A DNA stretch of 63,986 bases, filler included, from an uncultured bacterium (GTDB lineage Bacteria; DAOPZR01), in assembly GCA_964637655.1 (NCBI GenBank). It is 5 parts of 5 records of this genome, joined end to end, with 100 filler letters (N's around TTAATTAATTAA, not from the genome) between each part and the next. Parts side by side here need not be neighbours in the genome. Positions count along the whole stretch, not along the records: positions 40,308 to 53,412 come from CAZWUZ010000086.1; positions 53,513 to 63,986 come from CAZWUZ010000125.1; 3 more parts are not named here. One strand, 5' to 3'. The notes beneath the pieces are model-generated. The model saw only the letters and a program-made list of their open reading frames with translations. It had not been told where the DNA came from and made no database searches. Of the stretch, positions 47,293 through 56,654 are shown piece after piece. Position 1 is the first letter of the stretch. Each line of letters starts with the position of its first letter. The position numbers and the translations under genes are program-made.

Positions 47293-48826
47293 GACGCAAC
47301 CGCCACAGACGTCGCCCGGCAATCAGCGCGGGCAGGAGCGGCAGCAACCAGAGCAGCACCCATGCGCGCGGCAGCCCGCTGTACCACCAGTAGCACCAGG
47401 TGAAATCGAGCGTCGGCAGGAAGAACCAGCTGTAGAACGGCGTGATGCGGTCGGGTACGCGGTACACGTCCCGGTACGGTCTTTCCTCCCGCGCGTAATG
47501 GATCCAGGCCGTCGTTTCCGGCAGCAACTGCCCGGTTGCCACCAGTCCGGGTTCCCGCACGCACGCGAGGAAACCCGCAACGCGGCCGCGCAGCAGGCGC
47601 GCGTGCCCGATGATGGGTGACATACCCGGCACGAAGTGAAAATTGTGGAAGTAGTACGGTCCCATCTGCAACTGCGCCGCCGGCAGGTTTTTTCCCGCGA
47701 CGGCATAGTAGGAATTGAAATAGATACTTACCCCTCCCACCTGCACCAGCAGGCCGGCAGCGACGAGCAGTATCACCAGCGGACGCCGCCACGACGTCCA
47801 CCAGCCGCAGAGCAGCGCGAGCAGCGGCAGGCAGGGCACGAGGTAGCGCGGCCCCCACGACTGCTCGCCCGCCCACGTGAACCAGGCGCCGTAGAAGACG
47901 ATATGCAGCGCCAATGACGATAGGGCAAGTACCGCTTCCGCCCGCGCCGCGCGCCACGCCGCGGGGAGCGCGGCCAGCGCCAGCACCACCGGCGGCCAGT
48001 ACCAGAGCAGTCCGCGCCCGGGACTGACGGTAAGCCCGAGCCACCCCACCCACGGGACAGCCGAGAAACCGGTATCGCGATTGTGATGGTAGCCGCTGGC
48101 CAAAGGTGAGCCGAAGCGCACCTGATTGAGCGCGGCGATGATGAGCAGCGTCAGCAGCAGCGGGGCGAGCAGGCGCAGCAGGTCGCGCCAGGGACGGCGC
48201 AGCAGCAGCGCGTAGAGCAGCAGCGGCGGATACCAGAGCACCGCGGCGTACTTCACCAGCGGGGCATAGGCGAGCAGGAAGCCCGCGCGCCAGAAATGTC
48301 CGCGACGCAGCTGCCAGGCGGCAGCGAGCACCAGCAGCGCCAGCAGCGGCTCAGAAAAAAAGGTTTTCCCGTACTGCCAGAGCGGCGAGGTGAAAACAAC
48401 AATGAGCACCAGGCCGAGCGCGCGGCGGCGCGACCAGCCAAGGTCACGCCCGAAGAGAAACAGGATTACCCCGAGCAGCGCAACGACAAACTGGTTGAAC
48501 GTGGAGACGACCAGATGGAGCAGGTAGAGTGGCGGCACCGACGGCAGCAGCCGCAGCAGCCATTGCCCGGCCTGCACCCACGGCAGCGCCAGGAGCGGCT
48601 GGCCGGGCGGATACTGCCCGTAGAGTTTCCCGTCCGCGCCGCCCGCCAGCGCCAGCACCATGCGCTGCTCGACATCGGCGGGTATGGCGAGGGTGCCGCG
48701 CGTCAGTTGCAGCGCGGTGGCGAGCAGCGTCTCCTCATCCGACGAATAAAAGTGCCCGCCCGCAGTGAAAAGCATGACCCCGAACAGGAACAGGAAGAGC
48801 CAGGCCGCCGTGCGTGTATCGCTCAT
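47285..48826 (-). CDS. GT-C/PMT-like membrane glycosyltransferase
   Basis: YSSDEE, FFSEP, SPGRGLLWY, WGPRYLVP; polytopic. Confidence 0.75.
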   Translation of the reverse strand: MSDTRTAAWLFLFLFGVMLFTAGGHFYSSDEETLLATALQLTRGTLAIPADVEQRMVLALAGGADGKLYGQYPPGQPLLALPWVQAGQWLLRLLPSVPPLYLLHLVVSTFNQFVVALLGVILFLFGRDLGWSRRRALGLVLIVVFTSPLWQYGKTFFSEPLLALLVLAAAWQLRRGHFWRAGFLLAYAPLVKYAAVLWYPPLLLYALLLRRPWRDLLRLLAPLLLTLLIIAALNQVRFGSPLASGYHHNRDTGFSAVPWVGWLGLTVSPGRGLLWYWPPVVLALAALPAAWRAARAEAVLALSSLALHIVFYGAWFTWAGEQSWGPRYLVPCLPLLALLCGWWTSWRRPLVILLVAAGLLVQVGGVSIYFNSYYAVAGKNLPAAQLQMGPYYFHNFHFVPGMSPIIGHARLLRGRVAGFLACVREPGLVATGQLLPETTAWIHYAREERPYRDVYRVPDRITPFYSWFFLPTLDFTWCYWWYSGLPRAWVLLWLLPLLPALIAGRRLWRLRHD

Positions 48827-48830
48827 CCGC

Positions 48831-49664
48831 TCACCAGCCCGCAGGCGCCAGCGCGCGGAAGGTCGTCAGCTGTACGCCGTGTTCCGCGAGCGCCGCGCGC
48901 ACGCGCGGCGACCTCAGCACCTGCTGTTCCCGTTCGCGTGAATCCGTCAGGCGGCTGCTCCGCCGCAGGTCGTCATCGCAGTCGCCCGGGTGCACCATCA
49001 GTTCGGTGGTTCCGTCGGGGAGTGCCGCGATAATGGCCAGCAGTCCCGCCTCGCCGAGCCGCCCGACCGCACGCTGCCCCGCGAAATGCCGCAGCGCGGG
49101 GTGCGGGGCGCGCGCCATGCCCAGTTCCGCCCCGAGCCGCATGCCGCAATCAACCAGCACCATGGCTGCCGGGTAGCGCTGTGCCGTGATCACCGTATCG
49201 CCGGGCCGGCGGATGAACGGGATGCGGTAGCGACGCGCCACCGTGACGAAATGCTCCCAGAGGAATGGCAGGCAGTGCAGGTGCTTGTGGCAGTCGAGAT
49301 GCGTCGGCCGGATGCCCGCGGCGATGATCTTCTCCGCCTGCGCGCAGAGTTCCGCGACGATAACCGCGGGGGGGCAGGTGGCGAGCAGCGCAATGGCCGC
49401 GGGATACGAGCGCGGGAAACAGCCGTCCGCGAGGCGCAGTTCGCGTGCCCCGGTCAGCGGCGCGCCGGGTCCCGTCAGTACCGCGTGCATGCCGATATCG
49501 AGTGACGGGTTTGCCTGCGCCAGCGCCGCCGCGTCGGCAAACGCGGAGGCCACGGCCATCAGCGTTGTCGCCGTGACGATGCCGTCGCGCTGCGCCGCAA
49601 CGATGCCGCGATTGACTCCGCGGGTGTAGCCGAAATCGTCGGCATTGACCACCAGTTGTTTCAT
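48831..49664 (-). CDS. ChbG/HpnK/YdjC family carbohydrate deacetylase
   Basis: VNADDFG, IGMH, PTHLDCHKHLH, ELMVHPG. Confidence 0.92.
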   Translation of the reverse strand: MKQLVVNADDFGYTRGVNRGIVAAQRDGIVTATTLMAVASAFADAAALAQANPSLDIGMHAVLTGPGAPLTGARELRLADGCFPRSYPAAIALLATCPPAVIVAELCAQAEKIIAAGIRPTHLDCHKHLHCLPFLWEHFVTVARRYRIPFIRRPGDTVITAQRYPAAMVLVDCGMRLGAELGMARAPHPALRHFAGQRAVGRLGEAGLLAIIAALPDGTTELMVHPGDCDDDLRRSSRLTDSREREQQVLRSPRVRAALAEHGVQLTTFRALAPAGW

Positions 49665-49668
49665 GGCG

Positions 49669-51498
49669 TCACTCGGCAAAATGTTCGCCGTAGATGACAT
49701 TCAGCGACGTGTAGGGGAGATGCCAGTACAGGGTGAGGCGCGCCGGCTGCCCGGCCGTCAACGGGTAGCGCACCTCGACGGCATACCTGCCCTTCAGCAG
49801 TTCGATATCCTTCTCCGCATACGTCGTGGCGCGTCCCGTCGTCACCAGCACCTGCCGGCCGCCCAGCCAGAGTTCCGCCGGGCCATGACTCATCAGGCCG
49901 AAACGGTAGCCGACGCCGCCGACCGGGCAGTCGAGCGTGCCGCGCCAGACCATGGTCCCGTCGCCCTGCATGCCGTAGAGCCGGCGCCAGTCACCGTAAT
50001 AATCAGCAAGGTTGATGTTGCGCACCGCCACCGCGTGCACCTGCTGCTCATTGCCCGCGGGGTGGAAGGAAAGCGAAACGTGTTTTCCGGAGTTGGCACC
50101 ATAGCCAAGCAGCGCGACCGCCGCCAGCAGCAGCGCGGCCGCCAGCAACTGCCAGAGGAAGAGCCCGCGCAGCAGCGGCAGCAGCCGCACCACCGCGGCG
50201 CCCAGCAGGAGCATGAGCAGCAGAGGCGCTCCCGCGCTGAACCAGGACGGCAGGCCCCGGTGCAGCAGCGACAGCCAGCCAAAGTCATACAGATGAGGGA
50301 GCAGGCCGCGCCCGTCGATGATGCCCGCATTCCAGACCGGCACCGCGAGCATGGGGTCGACCTGCGAGTAATCAGTGTGCGCGGCGATGACCCCGAGCAT
50401 CTCGTTGAGCGGGTCGTTGAACTCCACTGCAACCGCCATCACCTGCAGGCCAAGCCCGAGGAGGAAGAGCAGCAGGAAGGCGAGGTTGGCGGCATTCCGG
50501 CCGCGCCCGATGATACTGCCGACGGGGAGCAGCAGCAGCGGCACGATTTTGAGCAGGTAGCGGTTGCCATAGCACCAGTTGGCCGACCAGTTGCACCACT
50601 GCGCGTAGAGCAGGACGTAGAGCGCGCTCACCGCAAGGATGAAAAGCAGTTCGGGGCGGTGTCCGCGCCACCAGGCGCGCCATCCGAAAAACGTGAGGAG
50701 CACCAGCGGCGAGTAGAGAAAGAGCGAGCGCCCGGGACTGAGGAGTTGCCCGTAGAGTCCGTAGAGGAGCGGCGTGCTGAAGGTTTCCTGCGCGAGGCGC
50801 GGGTCGGCGAAAATGCTGCCGAAGCGCGCGTAATTGAACCCCGCCGCGGCCAGCAGCAGCGGCGCGAAGCCCGCGGTGAGCAGGATAAGCGCGCGCCACT
50901 GCACGGGACGCGGCTGACCGCTGATGACGATAAAGAGTCCGGCCAGCGGGAAGACGAGGAGCGAATCGAGGCGCGTATGCAGCATGAGGCCGAGCGCCGC
51001 CCCCGCCAGCAGCGCGTAGTGCGGCGTGCCCGTCGCACGCCAGCGCTGCAGCGCGGCAAAGACAAGCAGCAGCAGCAGCGTCGCGGTCGGCTCGTAGAAG
51101 TCGTACTTGCTGTAGGGCCAGACGAGGGTTGCCAGCCCCAGCCCGAGCGACAGAATGAGCGCACGACGCGCCCCGAACAGGCGTTCGGCAACAGCGAAAA
51201 ACAGCGCCACCAGCGCACCGCAGACGAAACTGTTCTGCATGGCCCCGAAAAACTGCCGCAGCATGACGTGGCCGCCGGTCAGGGCCTCGGCGCACGCCCC
51301 CAGTCCGTAGAACAGCAGGCCGCAGAGCGATGGCAGGATGCCGTACTGGCTGGGGAAGAGCGGGCCGTCGGCCAGCGAGCAGGTGACCCGCCAGAGTTCC
51401 TTGCCGTCCTGCGAATAGTAGTGCCCGCCGAAGGTGAGCAGGTAGAAAACCGTAAAGAGAATGCCCACCCACAGGGCCGGGCGCTGCGTCGGTACCAT
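49669..51498 (-). CDS. GT-C/PMT-like membrane glycosyltransferase with C-terminal PA14-like domain
   Basis: Paralog of 47285-48826 (GGHYYSQD, FYEP, SPGRSLFLY, YGNRYL); C-terminal WRGTL...YRFGL.S.GPAELWL...LKGRYAVEVRY...LYW. Confidence 0.7.
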   Translation of the reverse strand: MVPTQRPALWVGILFTVFYLLTFGGHYYSQDGKELWRVTCSLADGPLFPSQYGILPSLCGLLFYGLGACAEALTGGHVMLRQFFGAMQNSFVCGALVALFFAVAERLFGARRALILSLGLGLATLVWPYSKYDFYEPTATLLLLLVFAALQRWRATGTPHYALLAGAALGLMLHTRLDSLLVFPLAGLFIVISGQPRPVQWRALILLTAGFAPLLLAAAGFNYARFGSIFADPRLAQETFSTPLLYGLYGQLLSPGRSLFLYSPLVLLTFFGWRAWWRGHRPELLFILAVSALYVLLYAQWCNWSANWCYGNRYLLKIVPLLLLPVGSIIGRGRNAANLAFLLLFLLGLGLQVMAVAVEFNDPLNEMLGVIAAHTDYSQVDPMLAVPVWNAGIIDGRGLLPHLYDFGWLSLLHRGLPSWFSAGAPLLLMLLLGAAVVRLLPLLRGLFLWQLLAAALLLAAVALLGYGANSGKHVSLSFHPAGNEQQVHAVAVRNINLADYYGDWRRLYGMQGDGTMVWRGTLDCPVGGVGYRFGLMSHGPAELWLGGRQVLVTTGRATTYAEKDIELLKGRYAVEVRYPLTAGQPARLTLYWHLPYTSLNVIYGEHFAE

Positions 51499-51504
51499 GC
51501 GTCG

Positions 51505-51533
51505 ATTATGCCCTATCCCCGCCGCGGGCGCAA
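51505..51533 (-). promoter_or_regulatory. sigma70 promoter, probably producing leaderless mRNA
   Basis: TTGCGC-17-CATAAT followed by ATG 6 nt later; no SD. Confidence 0.5.
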
Positions 51534-51540
51534 CGGCGGT

Positions 51541-53412
51541 TCAGCGGGTGCGGAACCCGTCCGGGCGGTACGCCGGCGGGATATCCTCCACCGTGCCGCC
51601 CGGCGTACTGCGATGGAAGGTGCAGACCGCTGACGGCAGCGTGCCGGCGCGGAACCATTCGCGCAGCGTTCCCGGGCAGGCAGGTCCCGGGCGCATGCCC
51701 GACAGGGGGCAGATTTCCGCCGGCTGCAGCGCTGCCGACATCGGAAATTCACCGTCGCTGCTCCCCGCGAGACGCAGCACCGCCTGCCAGAGCGGCGCGG
51801 CACCGGTGATGCCCGAGCAGTCGCGCATCGGCTCACCGTCGAAATTCCCCACCCAGACCGCCACCACATGCCGCGGGGTATAGCCGACGCACCAGTTATC
51901 GCGGAAATCCTTGGAGGTACCGGTCTTGACCGCGACGGCAAATGGCAGGCGCAGGGCGTTGGCACTGCCGAACTCGCGCGCCCGCGCGGTGCGGTCGCTG
52001 AGGATGGCAGTGATCTGCGCCACGCACTCCTCCGGCAGCAGCTGTTCTCCTGCTGCTGCCACCGGCACCGGGAGCGCCTGCGCGCGCACGGCCCGGCCGC
52101 CGCACGCCAGCAGCCCGTAACCCTGTGCCAGTTCGCGCAGCGTCACTTCGCCCGCGCCGAGCGTCAGCGCCAACCCGTAATGTTCCGCCGGCCGGTCGAG
52201 CGAGGCAAAGCCCGCCGCGCGGAGGAAGGCGAGCAGCCGCCCGACCGTCACATAGTCCTTGAGCACGCGCACGGCGGGGATATTGTAGGAACAGGCGAGC
52301 GCCTCGCGCAGGCGCACCGGGCCGTGGTAGGCACGGTCGTAGTTTTCGGGGCTGAACCCGTCGGGGAGCCCGGTGACGGGTACGTCGGCGACGAGGTCGG
52401 CGGGAGTGCGTCCCGCGGCAAACGCGAGCGCGTAGGTAAACGGTTTGAGCGCCGAGCCGGGCTGCCGGCGCGCCAGCACGCCATCCACCTGCGAAGCGGC
52501 AAAGAAGTCGGGCGACCCGACCCAGGCGCGCACCTCGCCACGCGGCAGTTCGAGCACAATGACCGCCGCCTGACGGGCGTTATGCGCCTGCAGCCGCGCG
52601 AGATGGCTGCGCACCAGTCCTTCCGCCGCCTGCTGCAGGTCGAGGTCGAGCGTGGTCGTCACCGCGTCCGTCCCCGCCGGCAGCGGCCCGAAGGCACCGC
52701 CCGCCAGCGCCGCGAGGAAATGCGGGGCATGCCACGGCACACGCTCCGGCTGCAGCGCCACCGGCTCCGCCAGCGCCCGCGCGAAATCCTCGTCGGTAAT
52801 GGCCCCAAGTTCGTGCATGCGCCACAGCACGGTCTGGCGCCGCGCCCGGGCCGCCTCCGGATGCCGGTAGGGAGAATACGCGTCGGGGGCGCGGGTCAGT
52901 CCCGCCAGCAGCGCCGCCTCCGCCAGCGACAGGCGGTCGGGCCGCTTGCCGAAGAACAGTTCCGCCGCGCTGCCGATGCCGGTGCACTGGCTGCCGTAGG
53001 GCGCGCGATTGAGGTACTGTTCGAGAATCCCGTCTTTGCTGAGACGGCGTTCGAGCCGCCACGCGTCCCACGCCTCGGCCAGTTTCGCCGTCCACGACCC
53101 GCGCCGCGTTTCGCCGCGCAGCAGGCGCGCCAGCTGCTGCGACAGCGTCGAGCCGCCGCCGGTGATCCGCCCGCTGACGAGGTTCCCCGCCGCCGCGCGC
53201 GCCACCGCCAGCGGGTCGATGCCCGGGTGCCGGCGGAAGCGATGGTCCTCGATGGCCACCGTCGCCGCCGCCAGCCACGGTCCCGCTTCCGCCAGCGGCA
53301 CCCAGGTGCCGCGCGTCCCGCCGGGAAGCGCGAGCTGGCGCAGGTCGCGCCCGCGGCAGTCGAGAAAACGCCGTGACTGCGCGCTCTCCGGCGTAAAGCG
53401 CGCCGCCGGGTA
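51541..53412 (-). CDS. pbpC: Penicillin-binding protein 1C, 5'-partial
   Basis: EDHRFRRHPGID, GGSTLSQQL, RQPGSALKPF, SYN, KTGTSKDFRDNW. Confidence 0.9.
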   Translation of the reverse strand, partial: YPAARFTPESAQSRRFLDCRGRDLRQLALPGGTRGTWVPLAEAGPWLAAATVAIEDHRFRRHPGIDPLAVARAAAGNLVSGRITGGGSTLSQQLARLLRGETRRGSWTAKLAEAWDAWRLERRLSKDGILEQYLNRAPYGSQCTGIGSAAELFFGKRPDRLSLAEAALLAGLTRAPDAYSPYRHPEAARARRQTVLWRMHELGAITDEDFARALAEPVALQPERVPWHAPHFLAALAGGAFGPLPAGTDAVTTTLDLDLQQAAEGLVRSHLARLQAHNARQAAVIVLELPRGEVRAWVGSPDFFAASQVDGVLARRQPGSALKPFTYALAFAAGRTPADLVADVPVTGLPDGFSPENYDRAYHGPVRLREALACSYNIPAVRVLKDYVTVGRLLAFLRAAGFASLDRPAEHYGLALTLGAGEVTLRELAQGYGLLACGGRAVRAQALPVPVAAAGEQLLPEECVAQITAILSDRTARAREFGSANALRLPFAVAVKTGTSKDFRDNWCVGYTPRHVVAVWVGNFDGEPMRDCSGITGAAPLWQAVLRLAGSSDGEFPMSAALQPAEICPLSGMRPGPACPGTLREWFRAGTLPSAVCTFHRSTPGGTVEDIPPAYRPDGFRTR

Positions 53413-53512
53413 NNNNNNNNNNNNNNNNNNNNNNNNNNNNNNNNNNNNNNNNNNNNTTAATTAATTAANNNNNNNNNNNNNNNNNNNNNNNNNNNNNNNN
53501 NNNNNNNNNNNN
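53413..53512. other. Artificial contig linker
   Basis: N run around TTAATTAATTAA. Confidence 0.99.
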
Positions 53513-53706
53513 AGCGCGGGCCGCTGCGCGGCCTGGCCCCACCGCCGCCCCAGGCGGCCCGCGCGGACGGCCAGCCCGGTCCGCCGCCGCTTGACGGCCG
53601 GCCGCGGCAGGCGCCGGTGCGGCGCGCGCTCCCCAAGGTCGGGCGCAACGACCCCTGCCCCTGCGGCTCGGGCAAGAAGTACAAGCATTGCCACGGGCGG
53701 ATCTGA
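53513..53706 (+). CDS. C-terminal fragment with SEC-C motif, probably SecA
   Basis: Manual translation ...[24 protein letters not shown]. Confidence 0.8.
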
Positions 53707-53719
53707 CAGGAGGCGGGCG

Positions 53720-54646
53720 ATGACGGAAGAACTGTCGGGAGCGGAAAAGTTCGCAGCGTTCGGCGATGCGTTCGGCGAGGTGTTCAAGTTCAGCCCGGTG
53801 TTCGTCGGCGCCGTTATCGTACTTATCGCCGGCGTGCTGCTGGCCATGGCGCTGGGGGCGCGGCGGCGCGAAAACAAGGCGGTGCGCGCGTTTGTCGGCT
53901 ATCTCAAACGCTGGCCGCAGGTGACCAACGCGGATCTCTACGCGATGATCAGCCACGCGCACACCATCCGCCAGGAGCACCTGCAGGCGTACGGCGTGTC
54001 GCGCACCGTCCTGCGCCACTACGGTGAATTCCACCAGCGCTACCACGACGCCATCGTCCACCCGTTCATCTATGAGCGGGAACGGGTCATGCGCGCCATG
54101 GCGTTCATCCTCCCCGACATGCCGGTGCATCTTGCCGAAGGTGAAGAGGAGAAGGCGGCGCGGGTCGAGCGCAAGGTGGCGGATGAACTGTACCTCAAGC
54201 CGGTCGACTGGGAGCTGCACCCGAAGCAGAAGATCCGGCTCAAATTTCTCGGCAAGGGGCGGCTCATCCGCTTCAAGGCGATCGTGGTCGACCCGGCAGC
54301 GAACAAACTGCGCTTGTATGCCTACCGCAGCGAGAGCCAGCGCCACTACCTGCGCATCCGCGTGCCGTCGGCGGCGCTGTTCATCACCGTCGACGGGCAG
54401 CAGCGCGAACTGCCGGTCATCGATCTGAGCGCCAAGAGTTTTCTCTGCCGCATGGAGCCGCCGGTGCCGGACGGCACCTATGCGGCGGAACTGCGCCTGC
54501 CGGCGGCGCCGCGCTACACCGGGTTCACGGTGCAGAAAGTCAAACAGCACGGACCGGATCAGGCGGTGTTCATGATCACCCGTATCGGGCAGGCGCTGCA
54601 GGAAGATCTCATCCAGTACATCTTCGACTACCAGCATAACACCTGA
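53720..54646 (+). CDS. Membrane-anchored protein with degenerate PilZ-like C-terminus
   Basis: N-terminal TM segment; QRHYLR (RxxxR) and IDLSAKS (DxSxxG-like); AGGAGG SD. Confidence 0.6.
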   Translation: MTEELSGAEKFAAFGDAFGEVFKFSPVFVGAVIVLIAGVLLAMALGARRRENKAVRAFVGYLKRWPQVTNADLYAMISHAHTIRQEHLQAYGVSRTVLRHYGEFHQRYHDAIVHPFIYERERVMRAMAFILPDMPVHLAEGEEEKAARVERKVADELYLKPVDWELHPKQKIRLKFLGKGRLIRFKAIVVDPAANKLRLYAYRSESQRHYLRIRVPSAALFITVDGQQRELPVIDLSAKSFLCRMEPPVPDGTYAAELRLPAAPRYTGFTVQKVKQHGPDQAVFMITRIGQALQEDLIQYIFDYQHNT

Positions 54647-54649
54647 CGT

Positions 54650-55258
54650 TCAGCGCGCCGGGGTGTCGCTCAGAAGTGAGACAGACTGCATGATCTTCGT
54701 GACGGCCAACGCATCGGCAATGGTGACTTCCTGCAGGCGTGAACTATTGACCTCAGAGTAGATAAAGATGTATTCACCGTTAGCAAGCGGTATGTCCCGG
54801 CGGAAATAGGTGTGTCCTCCTGACGTATGCCGATCTAAAGCCGGATGGTACTGCCAGAACCAGAAGTTAAATTCGCGGTACTCTGTGGCGGACATCCAAT
54901 CCAGCTGGAAATAGTCAAGGCGCCGCGGCGGCTTATCGGCGGTTGTCTTCATAAAAACAATTTTGACCAGACAAAAGTCCTCGTAACTGCCATCAAAATA
55001 ATGAGTACTGACGGCGAGCGCCGCTGGATGAACACGAATCCTGACATTGGCCGGGAGTAGAACCTGAATTCCCAAGTGCGAAACGGGTCGCCATTGCCAG
55101 TTGGCGTATGTCATCGGGGTTTCCGCATCAGTGGCGAAAGACGAGCGTGGCCAGGTGTCGCCGGAAGTTCCGGCGCATGACACAATGCATCCGCACAACA
55201 ACATGATGAAAATGACTCCGCTGCGGTGGTGGCAGCGTCCGGAGGTCAAGCGGGCCAC
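54650..55258 (-). CDS. Hypothetical exported protein or lipoprotein, lower GC
   Basis: 202-aa ORF with Cys-containing hydrophobic N-terminus; AT-richer than flanks; start uncertain. Confidence 0.55.
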   Translation of the reverse strand: MARLTSGRCHHRSGVIFIMLLCGCIVSCAGTSGDTWPRSSFATDAETPMTYANWQWRPVSHLGIQVLLPANVRIRVHPAALAVSTHYFDGSYEDFCLVKIVFMKTTADKPPRRLDYFQLDWMSATEYREFNFWFWQYHPALDRHTSGGHTYFRRDIPLANGEYIFIYSEVNSSRLQEVTIADALAVTKIMQSVSLLSDTPAR

Positions 55259-56268
55259 TGCGCGGTGAGGCGGGCGCGCAGGGCGCGGCGCTCGCTGTCG
55301 TCGAGGAACGCCGCGTCGACCGCGTTCTCCAGCAGCGTGCGGAAATCGTTCTCCTGCAGCCCGTATTCACGGGCGGCCACGACGTACTCGTCGGTCAGGG
55401 TGATATTACTCACGCCCGGGTCGTCGGTGTTGAGCGTGACGCACTGACCGTCGCGGAAGTAGCGCGGGAAGGGATGCGCGTCATAGCTGCCGACGCTGCA
55501 GGTCTGCACGTTCGAGGTCAGGTTGATTTCGAGGGTGATGCCCGCGTCGCGCACCCGGTCGTGCAGCGCGCGGTCGTGCTGCAGCGTGACGGCGTGGCCG
55601 ATGCGTTCGGCATGCAGCAGGTCAAGGGCCTCGGCGATATTGGCGGGCGGGCCCGCCTCCCCCGCGTGTACGGTGCGGTGCAGGCCGCGGCGCTGCGCGA
55701 AGGCGAAAGCGGCGCGGTGCGCGGCGGCGGGCTGGCGCTCGTCGCAGGCGAGGTCGATGCCGACCACACCGCGGTCGCGGCAGCTGTCGGCCAGCTGCGC
55801 CACCTCGTCCGAGAACTGCGGCAGGTGGCGGCAGCAGCAGAGCAGGACGCGCGCCTCGACCTGAAAGGCGCGCAGCCCCTGCGCCAGTCCGCGGCAGGCG
55901 GCCTCGACCGCAGCCCGCGGGGTGAACCCGTTCCCCGCCAGCAGGTGCGGGGCGAAACGCGTTTCGAAGTAGACGAGGTTGTCACGCGCGGCATCCTCGC
56001 ACAGTTCATAGGCAATGCGCTCGACCGCGTCCGCGTTGCGCAGCAGCGGCAGGTAGACATCGAAGACCTTGAGAAAATCCATGAGTGAGCGGCAGTCGGG
56101 CTGCACCTGCACATGGCGCGCCAGTTCGCCGGAATCCTCGCCCGGCAGCGACACCCCCTGTGCCCGGGCGAGGTCGCGTATGGTGTCGACCCGCAGCGCC
56201 CCGTCGAGATGCAGGTGCAGGTCGATTTTCGGCAGGGCGTGCAAACGGTCGCGGGGAGGAACGGTCAT
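55246..56268 (-). CDS. add: Adenosine deaminase
   Basis: PKIDLHLHLDG, YFETRFAP, TVHAGE, RIGH, NTDDP. Confidence 0.95.
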   Translation of the reverse strand: MTVPPRDRLHALPKIDLHLHLDGALRVDTIRDLARAQGVSLPGEDSGELARHVQVQPDCRSLMDFLKVFDVYLPLLRNADAVERIAYELCEDAARDNLVYFETRFAPHLLAGNGFTPRAAVEAACRGLAQGLRAFQVEARVLLCCCRHLPQFSDEVAQLADSCRDRGVVGIDLACDERQPAAAHRAAFAFAQRRGLHRTVHAGEAGPPANIAEALDLLHAERIGHAVTLQHDRALHDRVRDAGITLEINLTSNVQTCSVGSYDAHPFPRYFRDGQCVTLNTDDPGVSNITLTDEYVVAAREYGLQENDFRTLLENAVDAAFLDDSERRALRARLTAQWPA

Positions 56269-56654
56269 CCCTGCTCCACCATGAGCGGCAGCGAGCGCCG
56301 CGGTTTGCCGTCGACCGCGAGGTCGATGGCATAGAGCCCGGGGGTCTCGATCTTCAGCCCCTGCAGCATGAGGATGACATTGGCGACAGTCGACTCGCGG
56401 TGCTCGGGGATGCGCACGTTCATTTCGTTCTGCAGCGGCGGCATCACCGGGCGCCCGTCGGCGTCGAGGAAGGCGACCTTGAAGGTGTGCACCCCCTGCT
56501 CGTTCCAGTCGAACCTGATGCGGTAGACAATGGCACAGAGCGGGTGGACCACGGGAAACTGCGTCGCGGTGATGCGGTCGAACGTACCCAGCAGGTTCAG
56601 CTTCCCCTGCTGCTCCGTGGCCGCGTCGCAGAGGGCGGCAATCTCAATGTCCAT
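56265..56654 (-). CDS. DUF6941-like small beta protein
   Basis: LCDAA...GKLNLLGTFD...PGLYAIDL.VDG pattern. Confidence 0.65.
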   Translation of the reverse strand: MDIEIAALCDAATEQQGKLNLLGTFDRITATQFPVVHPLCAIVYRIRFDWNEQGVHTFKVAFLDADGRPVMPPLQNEMNVRIPEHRESTVANVILMLQGLKIETPGLYAIDLAVDGKPRRSLPLMVEQG

